Origin: Lytechinus pictus
Taxonomy: Eukaryota
Direction: 5' to 3'
DNA length: 64,000 nucleotides
Assembly: GCF_037042905.1 (NCBI RefSeq)
Contig: NC_087251.1
Location: forward strand, 24,926,001-24,990,000
The stretch's first letter is position 1, and the number at the start of each line of letters is the position of its first letter. The notes under the pieces were generated by a model. It saw only the letters and a program-made list of their open reading frames with translations, had not been told where the DNA came from and did no database searches. Of the stretch, positions 11,952 to 26,386 are shown piece by piece. Both the position numbers and the translations under genes were made by a program.

Positions 11952-14900
11952 TATAGAGGATAAGCAATTCAGGTAATAATATTTGATATTCTATTATTCC
12001 AATCTTTATTTATTGTACCGTTGTTAATCCATTTCTATAATAATAGATTTATTGCTTTAACCCTTGCCCTTAATAGAGTTCCATTCGACAAAGTTCGTAT
12101 ATTGTTCTCTTAATTGCATTAAATTTCTTTATTTGGTTATGAAATTTATCCAAAAAGTCTGTAATAAGATTTTTTAAAATCATTATCTTTCATACAGCAT
12201 GCATGATTGTATTTCATGTTATCTTTTATTTCACCTATTAGTGACAGTGAATTCAAACTTGAAGAAATGAAGAAAAAAATCCGTTCATAATATACAAACA
12301 AAAACTTCTCATTAAGAAAATATTACATTTAGGGTCAATGATGACTGCTTGTCGGGTCAATAATCTATTTAGGAAAGGGGAGGGGTCATATGACGTCATC
12401 GCTGAGGTGTAATGTATGATGTATGGGTGATGATACACGTACTGATATTTTGAACCTAATAAGTTCATTGATTTTAGCTTCTGAAAGAGAGAGAGGGACC
12501 AATAACGAAGAAGATTTTCAAGATAAAAGAGAAAGGACGACACATTCATGCTTTCATTATGAAATTAATATTCAATTTGAGTTCTTTTTTTTTTTTGCAG
12601 AAATACTTTGATGCGGAATGTTAATCATCAGGAACTATACAATAAAGAAATGGAACGATAGGAAGTTTAACAGGTGAATCTCTTGAAATGACATTGAAAG
12701 TGGAAATAGTCTGGTTGTTGTTCTTTGTCAACTTCCACTTTGGTATAATAGCTGTCCTAATACGGAATGACACTCGGATATCATTTTCACTTCCACGCGG
12801 ATATTTCCGCTCTTTTTTCAAATATTTCCAGGAAAACTGCTCTTTTGTACTGTTAGTGAAACCAAACATGTAACTCGATAAAAGAAATAAGGTACACAGG
12901 AAACGGTTTCATTATTAATTACTAACCTAATTCATGAAATTTGCTAAAACCTGACAAAATGCTTGTCGCTTGACCTCGTCAATAATGCCAAAAAGAATAT
13001 ACGCCAACGCTGTGACTCAGCGTTTCGTTTTCCTGAAATGCTTTGTAATTTGACTTTTTTGTTTAATTTCGCGTATCAATCACCTAATATCAAACATTAA
13101 AAAAAAAAAAACTTATCGAAAGGTTAATATTAAAGATGAGATTGAAAAGGGCTAGTTGAAACCTAGTGATTGTATCGAACTCAATAATAGCTTTGCAGAA
13201 TATACTAGTACATGTAGTTCAAAAGGAACGCGTTCGCGAGCTATTGTGACGTCACAGAAATCTCTTCCGCCCATCGGGTCGTGTGCAAAGAATTACCTTG
13301 CCGTTCCTTGACTTATTGACCTGCGAGTATCGAAGCTGCTATGAATGACGTTTCAAAGGAAATGCATGTTCGACCCCACCCCCTCTCTTCTTCTTCTGCT
13401 ACCTCTTCTTCTTCTTAACCCCCTTTCTTTCTTTCTTTCTTTTTTTCTTTCTTTATTTCGTTTCCAGTCTCTTTAATTTTTCCATAGCTACCTGTCCCAT
13501 TCGTTATTTTGTTTAAATTTAATATAAGTCTGTGGGGGGGGGGGGGGGGTCTACATCACTACCAATCTGATATAAATGATTTTTTTTTTGTCTTTGTTAT
13601 ACGGTATTATAATTAATTTGTTATACGATGAACAGAGAAAACACGCGTTATCAATTTTTGGTTGGAAACGGAGATAATAAACGAAGTGAAATGGGGGGGG
13701 GGGTGTAGTAAATATCCTGCATATTCCGAGTGTTGGTGAAAGTAACATTTTGGGCCTATTATCTGAGACTATTTAAAGATCAATATTTTCAAAAGTCTTT
13801 TTTTTTAGTCATAGCATTTTTAAACGCCGAAATTCAGCTTATCTTAGTTCCTAAAAAGCATGCATTCCCCACTCAACTATTATGTTCCCAGCACGGCCTT
13901 TCTAATCTTTTCTTCCCCCCCCCCCCCCTCTTCCCTGAAATTCCTTGTTTAAATTTGTATCATTCATATTCCACTCTTCCCTTCTCATTGCAACCTTTTC
14001 CAGAGCATAATAAAGATATAATCCAAATAGCTCGATTTATCGAGGGCCGGGTATATAACGACATCTCCGCTTGTCCCCATAGCTGTGGAGAGGATATTCT
14101 TTCTTAATACAGGAAAGAATCGTTTGGGTCCACTATTATGGACATTACTGGTCAGGACATTACTTTAATCACTTCAATTTGAAATATTCCTTTCTCGTTA
14201 ACACAACTTCCACAGGTATATTGACATGACCTTGTGGGCATCAAACTGGTGGGCACGTATATAAAATGGAACTAACACACAGTGAGCAGCGATGCCTGTC
14301 ATTATATTTAATCACGTGACTTTACTTCCGGTGGAAGAACGCGAACTATCTATGTGCATAATTTTTTATGGCGGAAAAAGAATTACATAATTCACTATGA
14401 ATATTCCATGAGTAACCAACTATTACACCATACCCACGGACCCATCCTAAATACGATATCAATAAAGAATTCGAAATAGTAATACCATTATATTGAAGAA
14501 TTGGAAGTGGAAAGAACCTATATTATGAAACGAAACTATTCAAGAGTTTTTCCTGGAATATGACTTATCCCTCCCAAAGTTTTCCTCTGCATTAATTCCT
14601 TTCCCGTGGAGAGCATGCAGTTTTAGAAATCTGGTTTCCTCCTTCCAGGTCGAGAATAAGCTTTCTACTTTCTGTATCTTCTTTAGCAGAAATCATTTGG
14701 AAATTATTTTTTATCATCGAAGTGTGATTATTAAATTTGTGAATTCTTGCTGGAACAACTTTGATGACTCTGGGATTGAATTGCTTGCACTTTGAACAAA
14801 AAACCAAGGCAAGTTATTATGATTTATGATTTTTTGTATTCTACTGTTTTTTTTCTTGGTTTTTTTTTTCAACGTTTAAATCCACTCAATAATTAACCGG

Positions 14901-15181
14901 AAGTGCATTATAGTCTTACATGTAAAAATATTATTAAGTGACCATTACGTCTTTGTATCTTCAACAACACTGTTGCAAGAAACTTGCGATCAATAATATT
15001 GCAAGTATATTTTTGGTCCCTAAATCAATCATATCTCTTGCAATTAATTGTAAATTTCTGGTTGATTGCTAATCTGCTTCTTGAAAAAAAGGAGTGTAAT
15101 CTGATTTGCTACAGTTAAAATTGATATATCAATTGTAAAACTGTAACAAAATATTTACAATTATTATTCTCTCCCCCCATC

Positions 15182-18100
15182 TCTCCCTCTCTGACCCCAC
15201 CCCACCAACTGACTCTCTCTCATATTCCCTTATAATAATTACTATCATCGGGGGGGGGGGGGTGGTTCCAATCTCGTAGGCCCCAACGATTTTAAGGTTA
15301 TCATTTTGTAGGAACATATTCGGGGTTTGGGAACATAAATGAGGAAAATAGTATTACTAAAAGTAAAACCATGTATATTTTGGGGATTTTCAACAAAAGA
15401 CGCATTTCTTATAAGACCTCTTAATTTTATGAAATTATTGAAATTCAAGCCTAATTTCAGATAAACAGAAATAAATTATGTTATTTGTTGACCATCTTCT
15501 GTGTTTAAGATATCAAATGAAAGAGCACATATTGAACATTTCAAAAATGCCTGTTTTGTTTGGAAACTCAGATACCGCCCGCCAAGTGACTTTCTGGTAT
15601 CCTTTCTTCGAATTGTTTTTGCTCAATCATGCGTGAATCTTTACAATGATAGGTCATTAATTTTTTTTTCTATTTTATTTGTGATTAAGCTATGATAAAT
15701 CATCGCTTAGTCTCGGTTTCGTTTTTTTCTGGGACGCACTGTATAAAAAAGAAAGAAATTAGTATTAAAAAAATCTTTATGAAATAAATGAAATAATACA
15801 ATATGAAAAAATATACTTAGAATAAATATAATTATAACTAATGAAATATAATTAGATGGAAACAATATCAGACCAGGAGATACATAGATAGATAGATAGA
15901 TAGATATATAGATATATGGATAGATAGGTAGGTAGGTAGGTAGATAGATAGATAGATGGATGCATGCATGCATGTGGTATTAAATGCATCGGCCTATAAT
16001 GAGAAAACGAAAATAATTAAATAAAAATGAAATGGCAAAAAGTGAGGGAATTGTTAGCATAGGAATCAGTAAAAAAAACTAGATGGTATTAGATTATGGC
16101 AAACAACAACGACAACCAAGTGAACTAATATCATGGTATTTTCCGATGTTATGAATAATTATGAAATTGATACTTCCGAATCATCCTTTCGGTATTATAT
16201 TTTCTTTTGATGTAATTATTGGAAATATTTCTCAACGACGTGCTATAACAATACGGTGTACTTTGCGATGTAGCATCATCACCCATAAAACGAGAAATGT
16301 CTCACACTTACGCAATATTTTATGAATATCGAAACCCGTGATCATATTTGGTCTGAACACCAGTTGATACCAGTCACTTTTCTCTCCACTGTCTTGTTTA
16401 AGCCGGTAAATTTGATCGGTTCTCTGCCTGCTTTGAACTAGTTCGGTGCATTATTATTTACTATAACCACCCCTCCGAGTGCAATCGTCTAGTCTATCAT
16501 TTCAGACTGTATGACTTGGCTTTGGTTAAGTTGAATCATATTTTACGAATATCTCAAATTCCAGCTTATCATAGTACATACAAATATTCGTAAGGTTAAT
16601 TCAAACAAAATGCAAAAAAAAAAATCATCCACGAACTTTGGCATTTGCAAGCTTATATTAAATGATTAAGCCAAGGGTATTCATGTTGAGATTATTTTCT
16701 TGAATTAAAAAAAATAAAACAACTTGTTTTCGGCATTTTGCACCTTCAAGTTCACAGAATGAATTTCGATTGACACAAATTACTATTGTAATCTTAAAGG
16801 GGAAGTTCACCCTGAAGAAAAGTTTGTTGTAATTTAATGGCACATAAAAAAGATAAAAAAATATTGGTGAAGCTTTGAGGAAAATCCATTAAAGAGTAAA
16901 GGACAAGTCCACCCCAACAACAAATTGATTTTAATAATAATAGAAAAATCCAACAAGCATAACATTGAAAATTTCATCAAAATCGGATGTAAAATAAGAA
17001 AGTTGTATTTTATTGCACGAGATATGAAATAATCTAATTTTCTCCTCATTGTCAAGTGGAACAGTGATTAATTCCTCCCGAACATGTGGAATTAGCATTG
17101 TTTAATACTATATGGTTCAGTCAAGTCGGTCTAAATGGTCAAATCTATAAAAAATGAAATATTGTATAATTCAAACAATAAAAAACAAAAGAAATAGTGA
17201 CTGATAGATATCATCGACTGACTCATTTGCATGTCACTGAGTTGTGCATATCACTGTTTTGTGAAAAATAAGCGAAACTTTGAAATTTTACATCCGATTT
17301 TGATGAAATTTTCAGTGTGATGCTAGTTTGATTTTTCTCCCTCTCTGACCCCACCCCACCAACTGACTCTCTCTCATATTCCCTTATAATAATTACTATC
17401 ATCGGGGGGGGGGGGGTGGTTCCAATCTCGTAGGCCCCAACGATTTTAAGGTTATCATTTTGTAGGAACATATTCGGGGTTTGGGAACATAAATGAGGAA
17501 AATAGTATTACTAAAAGTAAAACCATGTATATTTTGGGGATTTTCAACAAAAGACGCATTTCTTATAAGACCTCTTAATTTTATGAAATTATTGAAATTC
17601 AAGCCTAATTTCAGATAAACAGAAATAAATTATGTTATTTGTTGACCATCTTCTGTGTTTAAGATATCAAATGAAAGAGCACATATTGAACATTTCAAAA
17701 ATGCCTGTTTTGTTTGGAAACTCAGATACCGCCCGCCAAGTGACTTTCTGGTATCCTTTCTTCGAATTGTTTTTGCTCAATCATGCGTGAATCTTTACAA
17801 TGATAGGTCATTAATTTTTTTTCTATTTTATTTGTGATTAAGCTATGATAAATCATCGCTTAGTCTCGGTTTCGTTTTTTCTGGGACGCACTGTATAAAA
17901 AAGAAAGAAATTAGTATTAAAAAAATCTTTATGAAATAAATGAAATAATACAATATGAAAAAATATACTTAGAATAAATATAATTATAACTAATGAAATA
18001 TAATTAGATGGAAACAATATCAGGCCAGGAGATACATAGATAGATAGATAGATAGATATATAGATATATGGATAGATAGGTAGGTAGGTAGGTATAGATA

Positions 18101-19492
18101 GATAGATAGATGGATGCATGCATGCATGTGGTATTAAATGCATCGGCCTATAATGAGAAAACGAAAATAATTAAATAAAAATGAAATGGCAAAAAGTGAG
18201 GGAATTGTTAGCATAGGAATCAGTAAAAAAAACTAGATGGTATTAGATTATGGCAAACAACAACGACAACCAAGTGAACTAATATCATGGTATTTTCCGA
18301 TGTTATGAATAATTATGAAATTGATACTTCCGAATCATCCTTTCGGTATTATATTTTCTTTTGATGTAATTATTGGAAATATTTCTCAACGACGTGCTAT
18401 AACAATATGGTGTACTTTGCGATGTAGCATCATCACCCATAAAACGAGAAATGTCTCACACTTACGCAATATTTTATGAATATCGAAACCCGTGATCATA
18501 TTTGGTCTGAACACCAGTTGATACCAGTCACTTTTCTCTCCACTGTCTTGTTTAAGCCGGTAAATTTGATCGGTTCTCTGCCTGCTTTGAACTAGTTCGG
18601 TGCATTATTATTTACTATAACCACCCCTCCGAGTGCAATCGTCTAGTCTATCATTTCAGACTGTATGACTTGGCTTTGGTTAAGTTGAATCATATTTTAC
18701 GAATATCTCAAATTCCAGCTTATCATAGTACATACAAATATTCGTAAGGTTAATTCAAACAAAATGCAAAAAAAAAATCATCCACGAACTTTGGCATTTG
18801 CAAGCTTATATTAAATGATTAAGCCAAGGGTATTCATGTTGAGATTATTTTCTTGAATTAAAAAAAATAAAACAACTTGTTTTCGGCATTTTGCACCTTC
18901 AAGTTCACAGAATGAATTTCGATTGACACAAATTACTATTGTAATCTTAAAGGGGAAGTTCACCCTGAAGAAAAGTTTGTTGTAATTTAATGGCACATAA
19001 AAAAGATAAAAAAATATTGGTGAAGCTTTGAGGAAAATCCATTAAAGAGTAAAGGACAAGTCCACCCCAACAACAAATTGATTTTAATAATAATAGAAAA
19101 ATCCAACAAGCATAACATTGAAAATTTCATCAAAATCGGATGTAAAATAAGAAAGTTGTATTTTATTGCACGAGATATGAAATAATCTAATTTTCTCCTC
19201 ATTGTCAAGTGGAACAGTGATTAATTCCTCCCGAACATGTGGAATTAGCATTGTTTAATACTATATGGTTCAGTCAAGTCGGTCTAAATGGTCAAATCTA
19301 TAAAAAATGAAATATTGTATAATTCAAACAATAAAAAACAAAAGAAATAGTGACTGATAGATATCATCGACTGACTCATTTGCATGTCACTGAGTTGTGC
19401 ATATCACTGTTTTGTGAAAAATAAGCGAAACTTTGAAATTTTACATCCGATTTTGATGAAATTTTCAGTGTGATGCTAGTTTGATTTTTCTC
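15182..19492 (+). repeat. Near-identical direct tandem duplication, unit about 2154 bp (15182-17339 / 17336-19492)
   Basis: The sequence and the ORF-track entries repeat at an offset of about 2153-2154; only a few substitutions and homopolymer/microsatellite differences; TCTC microhomology at the junction. Confidence 0.97.
15415..15741 (+). mobile_element. Right-arm fragment of the Tc1/mariner long-TIR MITE (duplicated at about 17570-17893)
   Basis: Ends tctcggtttcgttttttctgggacgcactg|TA, as in the 9119 and 27105 copies. Confidence 0.85.
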
Positions 19493-19967
19493 TACTTATT
19501 CAAATCAACATTTTGCTGGGGTGGACCATGGACCTATTAGGTCCATGGGTGGACTTGACCTTTAAGGAAGCTATTAAAATTTTGAATTTTGGATTTTTGA
19601 CGTCATAAACGAGCAGCTGCCCCTATTATGTTATGTAATATAAAATGCACAAATTTCAATATTTTAATGGTTCGTGATGACTTATTTTTATTTTCATTTT
19701 AGGAATTGGTGTGAAATGATTTGTCTATTGATATACTGAAGGCACAGTAAGAACAATTCATAATTTTCTGAGAAAATGACATTTTGTTGCCTACCATACG
19801 ATTATGTTGGAAAGCTGCGCGCATAATATGACGTCACAAATCAAATTATTAAAATCCAAATAAACTTTTATTCCTTGATGGATATTTTTCAAACCTTTGG
19901 CAATATTTTTTATTATTTTTTCTGTTATTTTTACAATAAACTTTTTTTTGTCAGGGTGAACTTCCTT
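18951..19967. mobile_element. Kolobok-like MITE family A (TTAA TSD) hosting a nested element
   Basis: TTAA|aggggaagttcaccctga ... tcagggtgaacttcctt|TTAA; purine-start/pyrimidine-end termini with a TTAA TSD fit Kolobok better than piggyBac. A truncated duplicate begins at about 16799. Confidence 0.75.
19053..19561. mobile_element. Kolobok-like MITE family B nested in family A
   Basis: gtaa|aggacaagtccacccc ... gggtggacttgacct|TTAA; same family as 50028 and 58102. Confidence 0.8.
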
Positions 19968-22220
19968 TTAAAGGAAAAAATGAGGTTGTCAAACAATGCA
20001 CAAGGCAGAAACGCTTTCCTTTTGGGGCAAAATTAATGCATAATGTGTAAAACATATTATTTACCAATAATGATTATGGTTAGTTACGAAATGAGAGTAC
20101 AGTAATAATTATCTTTTTCAGTAAATCAATATCAAATCATGTTATTGCATTCTTAGAGCACAAACTTTTAATGAATATGATTTTATATAAGTAAAATACA
20201 AAAGAATGAGTGAGAAGACAATATCATCTCGCTCATTGAAGGCTGCACCGAAACAATGCAAAACTTAAAAATGTCTGATTTTCCATCCGTCTTTGATCTA
20301 TCTGTTGAAATCACAATTTTATTAGTGTTAGCCATGCAGTGCACACCTCAGAATTCGTGCACCCTAAATGAAAAGTCTGGTAGCATCAAATTTTGCACCA
20401 TAAATGAAAAAAGCATATATTACACTCATTATAATCCTTTGGGTAGACGGGGCTCAAAGTTGAAGCCATATTTCCTCATGCGTACCCCTCTAAAGATTCT
20501 TCCTAAAATATCGCTAAATGAGTAGGTTTTGACAATAAAATTTTCGACCGGGGGAGGGGTGCACTTCCCCTGCAAAACCGGCGTAAGCATAATTCCGTGT
20601 TGTCCAATTATTCTATCATACAATAAAAATGTAAAGAGTCCCATGTTCGTTTCCGTTTTGCGATGCGGTTTCGTTTCAACGACTAACGAAGTCAAAACGA
20701 GAGCGAACTTTGGACCATTTACAATTGTGTTGCGCTGAGGCGTAATATCATTGTGTAAATAATATAGGGCGTTAGATCAGATAAGCACTGCCCCCCCCCC
20801 TCCTCACTTTTCTACGTCATGTTCTAAACAACAAAAATTATATCAGGCCCGATTGTGTGATTGTTCAACAATGGAAATGTTATCATCGATAATAATGTAT
20901 TTTGTATCATGACGTATAGATGTAATATCATTGCTATAACCGTAACCTCACCCTTAACCCAGCACTTTTTAACATTTCCGAAATGATAACTGTTAATTAA
21001 ATACTCTCACGATCATGCTAAAAAGGTTTTAAAAATCACATTTCATATATTTTCAAACTATTTACAACCTTACAATAAATCATGTATAGACGTTCACAAA
21101 ATTGACCTGAATTTTTAAATTTTAGAACAAAATGCATAACATTAAATATATTTATATATTAGCTCGCGCTTCGCGCTCGCACTATTTAAATAAGGATATT
21201 TATGTTTATAAGAATAAAGCTAAGAAGTGACTATTAGGCATACTCCTTCAAAGAAAAAAAAAATCAACTTCGAGCGGTCGGTCTGGGGAAATATGGCTGG
21301 AAAAAATTCCGGGCCCCCCTATTGGCGAAGGCTGGATCCGTCCCTGGAGGAGATAATGTGGAGGGAAAGAGTGAGAGAGAGTGAGGGGTGTAGACGGGGG
21401 GGGGGGGGGGGTGTCAGATGACAGTGAAAAACAGAAGGAGATACAGGATTGTAACTGTTGCATAGCAACTTGTGTCTACCGTAATGACATGGCTAGACTC
21501 TATAGCCCCATCCGCAACTATAATGAAATAAGGGTGATTCAATTGTATGATTACCTGCATTCGAATAAAGTTTATTAAGTTTGTTCAGTCAATTACACTT
21601 CATCTCTTTTCGGTTTCTTGCCAAGAATCTGACACCTAGAATGGTTTTTTAGATTGAAGCAACCATGAAGTCCCTCGGAAAATTGTTGGTTTGTGATCCA
21701 AAATAACGAGCTGACTAATTTGCGCAGGCACGGATTCTATCATGATAGAAATTTGTTGTATCCAGTATGGCAAAGTGAGATCTTAACGGAGTGGGTATGA
21801 TTGGGTTATTAACATACGCAAAATAATTGAATTAAAGAAAACGCGATTGGCGTCTTTACTGATAAGATTTAATTTTGAATGTAATACGACAGAGCCCAAA
21901 TAAATATAGCCCTGGGTAATCAGGGGGAGTGATGACATTACTTTTCTGACCCCACCTTTTAGCCCCTCTACTAATAAAAAAAAAACAAAGAAAGAAAAAA
22001 AGAAAGAAACAAACCTATGTCTGAGATCCTTAAGTTTCATTGTAATGCTAAAAAATACGATCTCGTAGAGTAGAAATGCAGCTTGGTCGCTTCGCTTTCA
22101 CGCTCTACTATTGTTTTTACATTATGGACAGTTCGCAACCCGATGTTTGCCCCTCCTGTCGTATGTATAATGTGCGTCGTTTGCATAATGAACTCTATAA
22201 CCATTTCAAAGTAATGATCA

Positions 22221-22228
22221 TGTGTGTG

Positions 22229-22269
<41 letters not shown>

Positions 22270-22288
22270 GAGGGTGTGTGTGTGTGTG
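22221..22288 (+). repeat. (GT)n microsatellite
   Basis: Directly visible. Confidence 0.95.
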
Positions 22289-25200
22289 GGAGGAATGCAC
22301 ACATGAATATTAAAAAGTAAAAATCCTATAATTTTAACAGGTGATGCATGATGAGTGTACTATTATTCTGATATGATTAAATATAGGTTCGGGTGGGAAT
22401 AGAGTATGAATAACCAATGAACAGCTTACCGCTCCTCATGACCAAGTTTATAGTGTCTTTACACCCCTCTCCCCTTTCTTACATTTCAAGTCTATTTATT
22501 TATTTTTTTCTGTTTTAAGAAATTAACGTAACTTTGCAACGTACATCATTTTCCTCTCTCTTTCACATCAAAGAAAGGGTCTGTTCTGTTAAGAAATTGA
22601 TTTTTGGAAAAGAGAAATTCCAAAGAATTCAAAGCTTGTGATTCCTCCCCTCCCCACTCCTTCTCCCCCTCTCCCTTTCTTTCTTTCTTTCCTTCTTTCT
22701 CACTTTCTCCCACTCTTCCTCTCCCTCACTCTCTCCCTCTCTTCCTTTCTCTTCCTCTTCACCTCTCTGTCTTCCTTTCTCCTCCCCCTCTGATATAGCT
22801 CCACGCAAATCTTGGCTCTCATTCTTAAACTTTACATTTTCGTTGTAGGCAAAATGGAGACTTAAGTCTAGACTTGAATGTTGTCTGGGGTAGGCATGTA
22901 TCCCTATCCATTATCTTTTATGATATAACGGCGCCAATCTAAATGAATTAGCGTTACTTTAACACATTTTATTCGGGACAAGTTAATCATCATTTTGGAA
23001 GTTTTTCAAGTTGAGTGTACTATTGTTTAAACACATTTCGTTCCCTGCAAAATTTTGACCCTAATGAAATCATGAAAAACCTGTATTATTATGATGGAGT
23101 TTCTTTTACTTTTCTCTATCTTTCTTATTTCTTCATTTTCATTTTCATTTCTCTTCCTATATGATGGATACATGTATGACATCAAGACTGGTAATTTGTA
23201 ATTGTAACTCGATATACACCTCAAGAAAGTATTGTCCTTATTGTTCAAATCCAACACGGAAATTCCATTACAAAAAGAGAAAGTCAAAATGGAAATTGGC
23301 AAAGATTTTTCACCACTTACAATGATTATATCCCATGAATATCACAAAGGAGAATTTCAAATACTTTCCACATAAATCATAATAGGCGTAAAATGCGTAG
23401 ATCATTTTCAGGTATTCGTAATATGTTTTAAAATTAAAAATAATAAATCTATATATACCTTCTTTTAATCAAGACAGACATTCGTAATTCCAAGCGTTCA
23501 TCCTTTTTACCGAAATACATGAAAATGAAATGAAGATAATGACAAGTTAGTTTCTGAAAAAAGGGAAAATCAGAAAAGCAAATTGATAAAAAATTGAAAT
23601 AAATCGAACGACCTGCCACATAGCTATAGAAATACGATAAAATGTGGATTTAACATGACTGAAATTCAATGTAATATAACAAATAGAAAATGTCAAATTA
23701 TTTTGTTTTAATGCACGACTGCAATAACGGCTAAAAATTATCGTAAAATGATTCAATCAAGAATTTCTTTACCATCAAATGTATAAAAGTTACAATATTT
23801 CATATTAATGAAAATACAAGAGACATATAGGCGCCAGGCGCCATAAAAAATTTAATCTCTCGTTTGCTACATAAAGCGAAACTTTAAAATATCACAACTT
23901 TCAAAATTTGCCAAAATCATTTTGCAAAAGTCAATTAATACACAATAGATTTAGCGGTCTCATTTCCTTATACTGATAAATCAGGGATTTTTTTATTGAT
24001 TTCTTTCAAACTTATCCAACATAAATCATTATTTTCCCATGGATTCACGCAAATCAAACATTCCCACAAGGAACGAAAATTTCTTTTCGAAAGGGGGGGG
24101 GGGGGCTGGTGGTTGTTCAAGACGATTGAACGGAGCGAACGAACTGATACCAGAACGTTTTTTATGTTTAAATTGAAATCGAAGGATAATTTGGGTACAG
24201 ATCGAGAAACATTAATTTTGCAAGAAAAAACAGTTGGAAAATTCAGTAAGGGGCAAGAGCCCCATCCCCTCTTCTGTGTACGATTGCCTACGACCAAAGA
24301 TATCTGTGAGGCCCTGCATGGATTGAGCGTGTCGACCGGAAGTGTTAAAAACGTCAATGGCCTAGAACCTTAAAGTTAACCATAAAACTATTTCCTTTAC
24401 TCAGTTCCCCAATCTATCGCGACCCTTTATCCTTATTTGGTATAAATTTTGATCAATGAAAGGGATTTACCTATAGGAAGAAGTCTTACCAGGGTCTTAC
24501 CCAAACTGATCATCCTGCTTACATTGTCAAACTTTATCATTATAATGATTATATCATTATAATAATCATGATAATGCCCCGGTATGCAATTAGTAAAAAA
24601 AAATCTAATTCTGATTCAGTTGGATGTTCTATTGAGTGACGAAGAACAAAATAAACCTCATAATTTTATTTCAATATGGCTCGTATTCACAAAACAGCAC
24701 ATTTGGACTTTAAGCTCTTAACATTTTATTGCTGCAATTTAAATGTTTCTTTTATTACGAATTATTATTGTTGTTATATAAGGTTATTTGTCCTGTGGCA
24801 AAAAAAAACATGCACACAAATTATTTTATGGACTCATCAAACTGCATTTTAAAGTAATATCCATTCCAACACCTCAATGCCAGACACCATAACAGAGGCT
24901 AATATATAAGAATTATTTCATTACAAAAGTGAAGATGATGAAACAATGGGTTCTGTCAGATCAGAGCAAAGAATGTCATTGTTCGGAAATATAGTCAATG
25001 AATTATGAAATACGTCACAATGAAATAATTATTTGAACAAAATTAACTCAACCAAACAAAATGAATAAAATCTATTACCAAAAAAGGTGGATATAAAATG
25101 TATTGTCCTTATAAGAAAATGAGTCGAATATTTTTACTTCCGTTCCATACGTCATTGATTATTCTACCCACCCTTTGAAAGAATATAAAGACAAATTATG

Positions 25201-26147
25201 CAAATATTTTACATGAATTATTATCATATTTGTATTGTGACGTACCTTGACGTAGAACAAAACTTGTAAAGACATAAAAAATAAAAGCCCTACACAGCAC
25301 AGCGACGAAATAGACCAAACATCAGGCTTTGACGTCAAGCTATTCAAGCGAGAGATCCAGGCCTTCGAAATATCCCACTGTTTGCTATTTGTGCGATTTT
25401 GTCCTTTGTGTCTGTCTGTTATGTATCCAGGGTACTGGATTTATATCAATACAAAGTTCCCTATTCTGGTATGTTCGCGTTGCCAAGAGAATAAACGATA
25501 TTTTTGGACTTTATTTAATGGCTGAATTTAGACATTTCATAATGATTTTGCTGCAAACTTTGCATGAATGGTTTGGGTAAAGGAAATCGGGATAAAAAAA
25601 TGTTAGCCTATGTCAATGTTGGGTTTAATTATGGTATGAAGCTCTTCCGGCCATTCAGAGGAATCAGTTATGTTACAAAAAAAAAACTCAGTGGAAATTA
25701 AATAACGAAGCCCCAATAATTTTGTGCAGGAGTTTGTTTTGGGATAAGAGAAATTCATGAAAGCTGTTAAGAATATTATGTAAGCGACCGGGCTGATCAC
25801 TCAGGAAGTTTTTTTTTTGGAGTTTGTTTTACATCATACAGAACTTAAAGGGACTTAATTGGCACACTCAGCGGATTTGTATGAAAATTAGCAATGTAAA
25901 TGTTTATAAATTCCGGGCGAAATATCATCTCCGTCTTTGCCCCCACCCTGCTTCATTATGGTTACGTCAATGATCATTATTATGGTAGCACTATGTTCAC
26001 ATTATTTTGAATGATATCAAGTGGTATTTACCGGAAGCTACGTTTTTCCTCTTCCTCTTTCCAACCAGGCAAGTACCAGCATGCATCAGGGAAGTACACT
26101 GATGTAGTTGTTGGCGTATTACCGGGGGGGGGGTGTTGGCTCAGTCA

Positions 26148-26386
26148 CACTGTAAAAACTGTGGTGTTAAAACTGACACCAGTGGGTGTTAATAGAGGAC
26201 CACACCCTCTGGTGTTAAAATTACACCCTAGAGAGTGAATATAACACCAAAGAGTGTACATGTAACAACCAAAGGTGTTGCAATAACACCTATAGGTGCT
26301 AAACTAACACTGTCAATTTAACACCGATGTAAAATAACTGGTGTGGTCCTCTATGTACACCGGTTAACAGCGCAGTTTTTGCTGTG
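26148..26386. mobile_element. EnSpm/CMC-like MITE with internal short repeats
   Basis: ca|cactgtaaaaact ... agtttttgctgtg|ca (2-bp TSD); repeated ggtgtt/aacacc motifs in both orientations. Confidence 0.65.

Noticed and set aside
11472..11967. 163-aa and 71-aa ORFs with poly-E/G/T/L/V
   Set aside because: They are translations of (GAA)n and (CTA)n microsatellites.
20935..20960. Telomere-like taacc motifs
   Set aside because: Only two or three degenerate units; not an interstitial telomere array.
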